From NCBI GenBank assembly GCA_048882325.1, contig JBHLRS010000004.1, positions 134,525 to 149,848 on the forward strand: DNA of 15,324 nucleotides, given 5' to 3'. Position numbers and translations under genes: made by a program. Shown one piece after another: positions 14,620 through 15,324 of the stretch (positions are counted from its first letter, which is position 1; each line of letters starts with the position of its first letter). The notes under the pieces were generated by a model that made no database searches, was not told where the DNA came from, and saw only the letters and a list, made by a program, of their open reading frames with translations. This DNA comes from Candidatus Thorarchaeota archaeon (GTDB taxonomy: Archaea; Asgardarchaeota; Thorarchaeia; Thorarchaeales; Thorarchaeaceae).

Positions 14620-15324
14620 TCAATCACCATGAGGTTTAATGACAGCCTTGAGTGAGACCTGCTTCTCTTGAACCTCCAGAGCCTTCTGAGCATCATCCAA
14701 TGAGAATCTGTGAGTCACTAGATCTTCGAATGGAAATCGGTCATAGTTGTCAGCAACCGTCTTTATTCCCCGATAAACATGAAGTGTCCTTGATCCCCAG
14801 ACTGTTTTTATGTCAAGATGCTTCTTGTTCATCAAGTGGGTATTAATCTCAGTTGTACCATGGTCAGTATACTGGCCACAAATGGTGTAGGCACCACCCT
14901 CTCGGACAAGCTCAATTCCTTCTGGAATTGCATGTGGATTTCCAGTTGCCTCATAGACGATATCTGGACCATGACCACCAGCAATCTCTCTAAGCCTTTC
15001 CTTTCGTTCTTCTAATGTGGTCTCACCAATATCTAGTGTGTCAGTCACACCAAACCTCTTGGCAATCTCCAGACGATTCTTTGCTTTATCAAGCACTGTC
15101 ACGGTCGAAGCTCCACTTACACTAGCAATAACAGCAATCATGAGACCTACCGGTCCAGCGCCTTGAATAGCAACGTTTAACCCCCAAGTCATTGGGCTTC
15201 TTAGAACAGTATGAACTGCAGTTGGCATCGCACAACCAACTGCACTGGCTCCATCAAAGCTAACATGATCGGGTATCTTGATAATATGAGTGCCTGGTGA
15301 GAGATAGAGATACTCACTGTATCC
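14620..15324 (-). CDS. Zn-dependent medium-chain alcohol dehydrogenase (MDR family), C-terminal part; the start lies beyond the right edge
   Basis: The frame stays open upstream of 15228 to the window edge: GYSEYLYLSPGTHIIKIPDHVSFDGASAVGCAMPTAVH. It continues with the Rossmann motif VAIQGAGPVGL, GPDIVYEATG and LVTHRFSLDDAQKALE. Confidence 0.9.
   Translation of the reverse strand, partial: GYSEYLYLSPGTHIIKIPDHVSFDGASAVGCAMPTAVHTVLRSPMTWGLNVAIQGAGPVGLMIAVIASVSGASTVTVLDKAKNRLEIAKRFGVTDTLDIGETTLEERKERLREIAGGHGPDIVYEATGNPHAIPEGIELVREGGAYTICGQYTDHGTTEINTHLMNKKHLDIKTVWGSRTLHVYRGIKTVADNYDRFPFEDLVTHRFSLDDAQKALEVQEKQVSLKAVIKPHGD

Noticed and set aside
14619-14696. N-terminal extension MMLRRLWRFKRSRS... 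of the peptidase (Arg-rich, signal-like)
   Set aside because: It overlaps the ADH coding region. ATG 14618, with GGTGAT upstream and 1-nt spacing from the ADH stop, is the more plausible start.
811-15015. The other short (62-138 aa) ORFs in the track
   Set aside because: All overlap confidently assigned genes in antisense or alternative frames and show no motifs.
1-15324. tRNA/rRNA, CRISPR array, IS element, prophage, cobalamin riboswitch
   Set aside because: All intergenic gaps are 115 bp or less. By eye there are no repeat-spacer patterns, tRNA or riboswitch consensus, or transposase/integrase motifs; no covariance search was run.

Overview
Gene-dense window with 11 protein-coding genes (two cut by the window edges) and no recognisable RNA genes, CRISPR arrays or mobile elements. 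An Asgard archaeon (Thor/Loki-like) is the likely source; this is inferred from gene content and GGAGGTG/GGTGA ribosome-binding sites, not shown. Left part: a partial PAS-domain gene, and a Tat-less reductive dehalogenase with an extra N-terminal ABCE1/RLI-type Fe-S domain, divergent from a RACo-type ATP-dependent corrinoid activator. These are followed by an orphan SPPY-type DNA methyltransferase and an AcuC/class-I-like deacetylase. Centre: a probable 4-gene + strand operon encoding (1) a beta-propeller/Zn-ribbon/PCI-like protein, (2) a dCache-TM-HAMP-TPR-VWA receptor, (3) a paralogous dCache-TM-HAMP receptor with no output domain, and (4) a bacterial-type arginine decarboxylase SpeA. Both sensor domains resemble the N-terminal part of eukaryotic Ca-channel alpha2delta subunits and carry Glu where the amino-acid-sensing motif has Arg. 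This makes the operon the best candidate for an undescribed, kinase-free amine/agmatine signalling system. Right end: an M24 Xaa-Pro peptidase and a partial Zn-dependent alcohol dehydrogenase.
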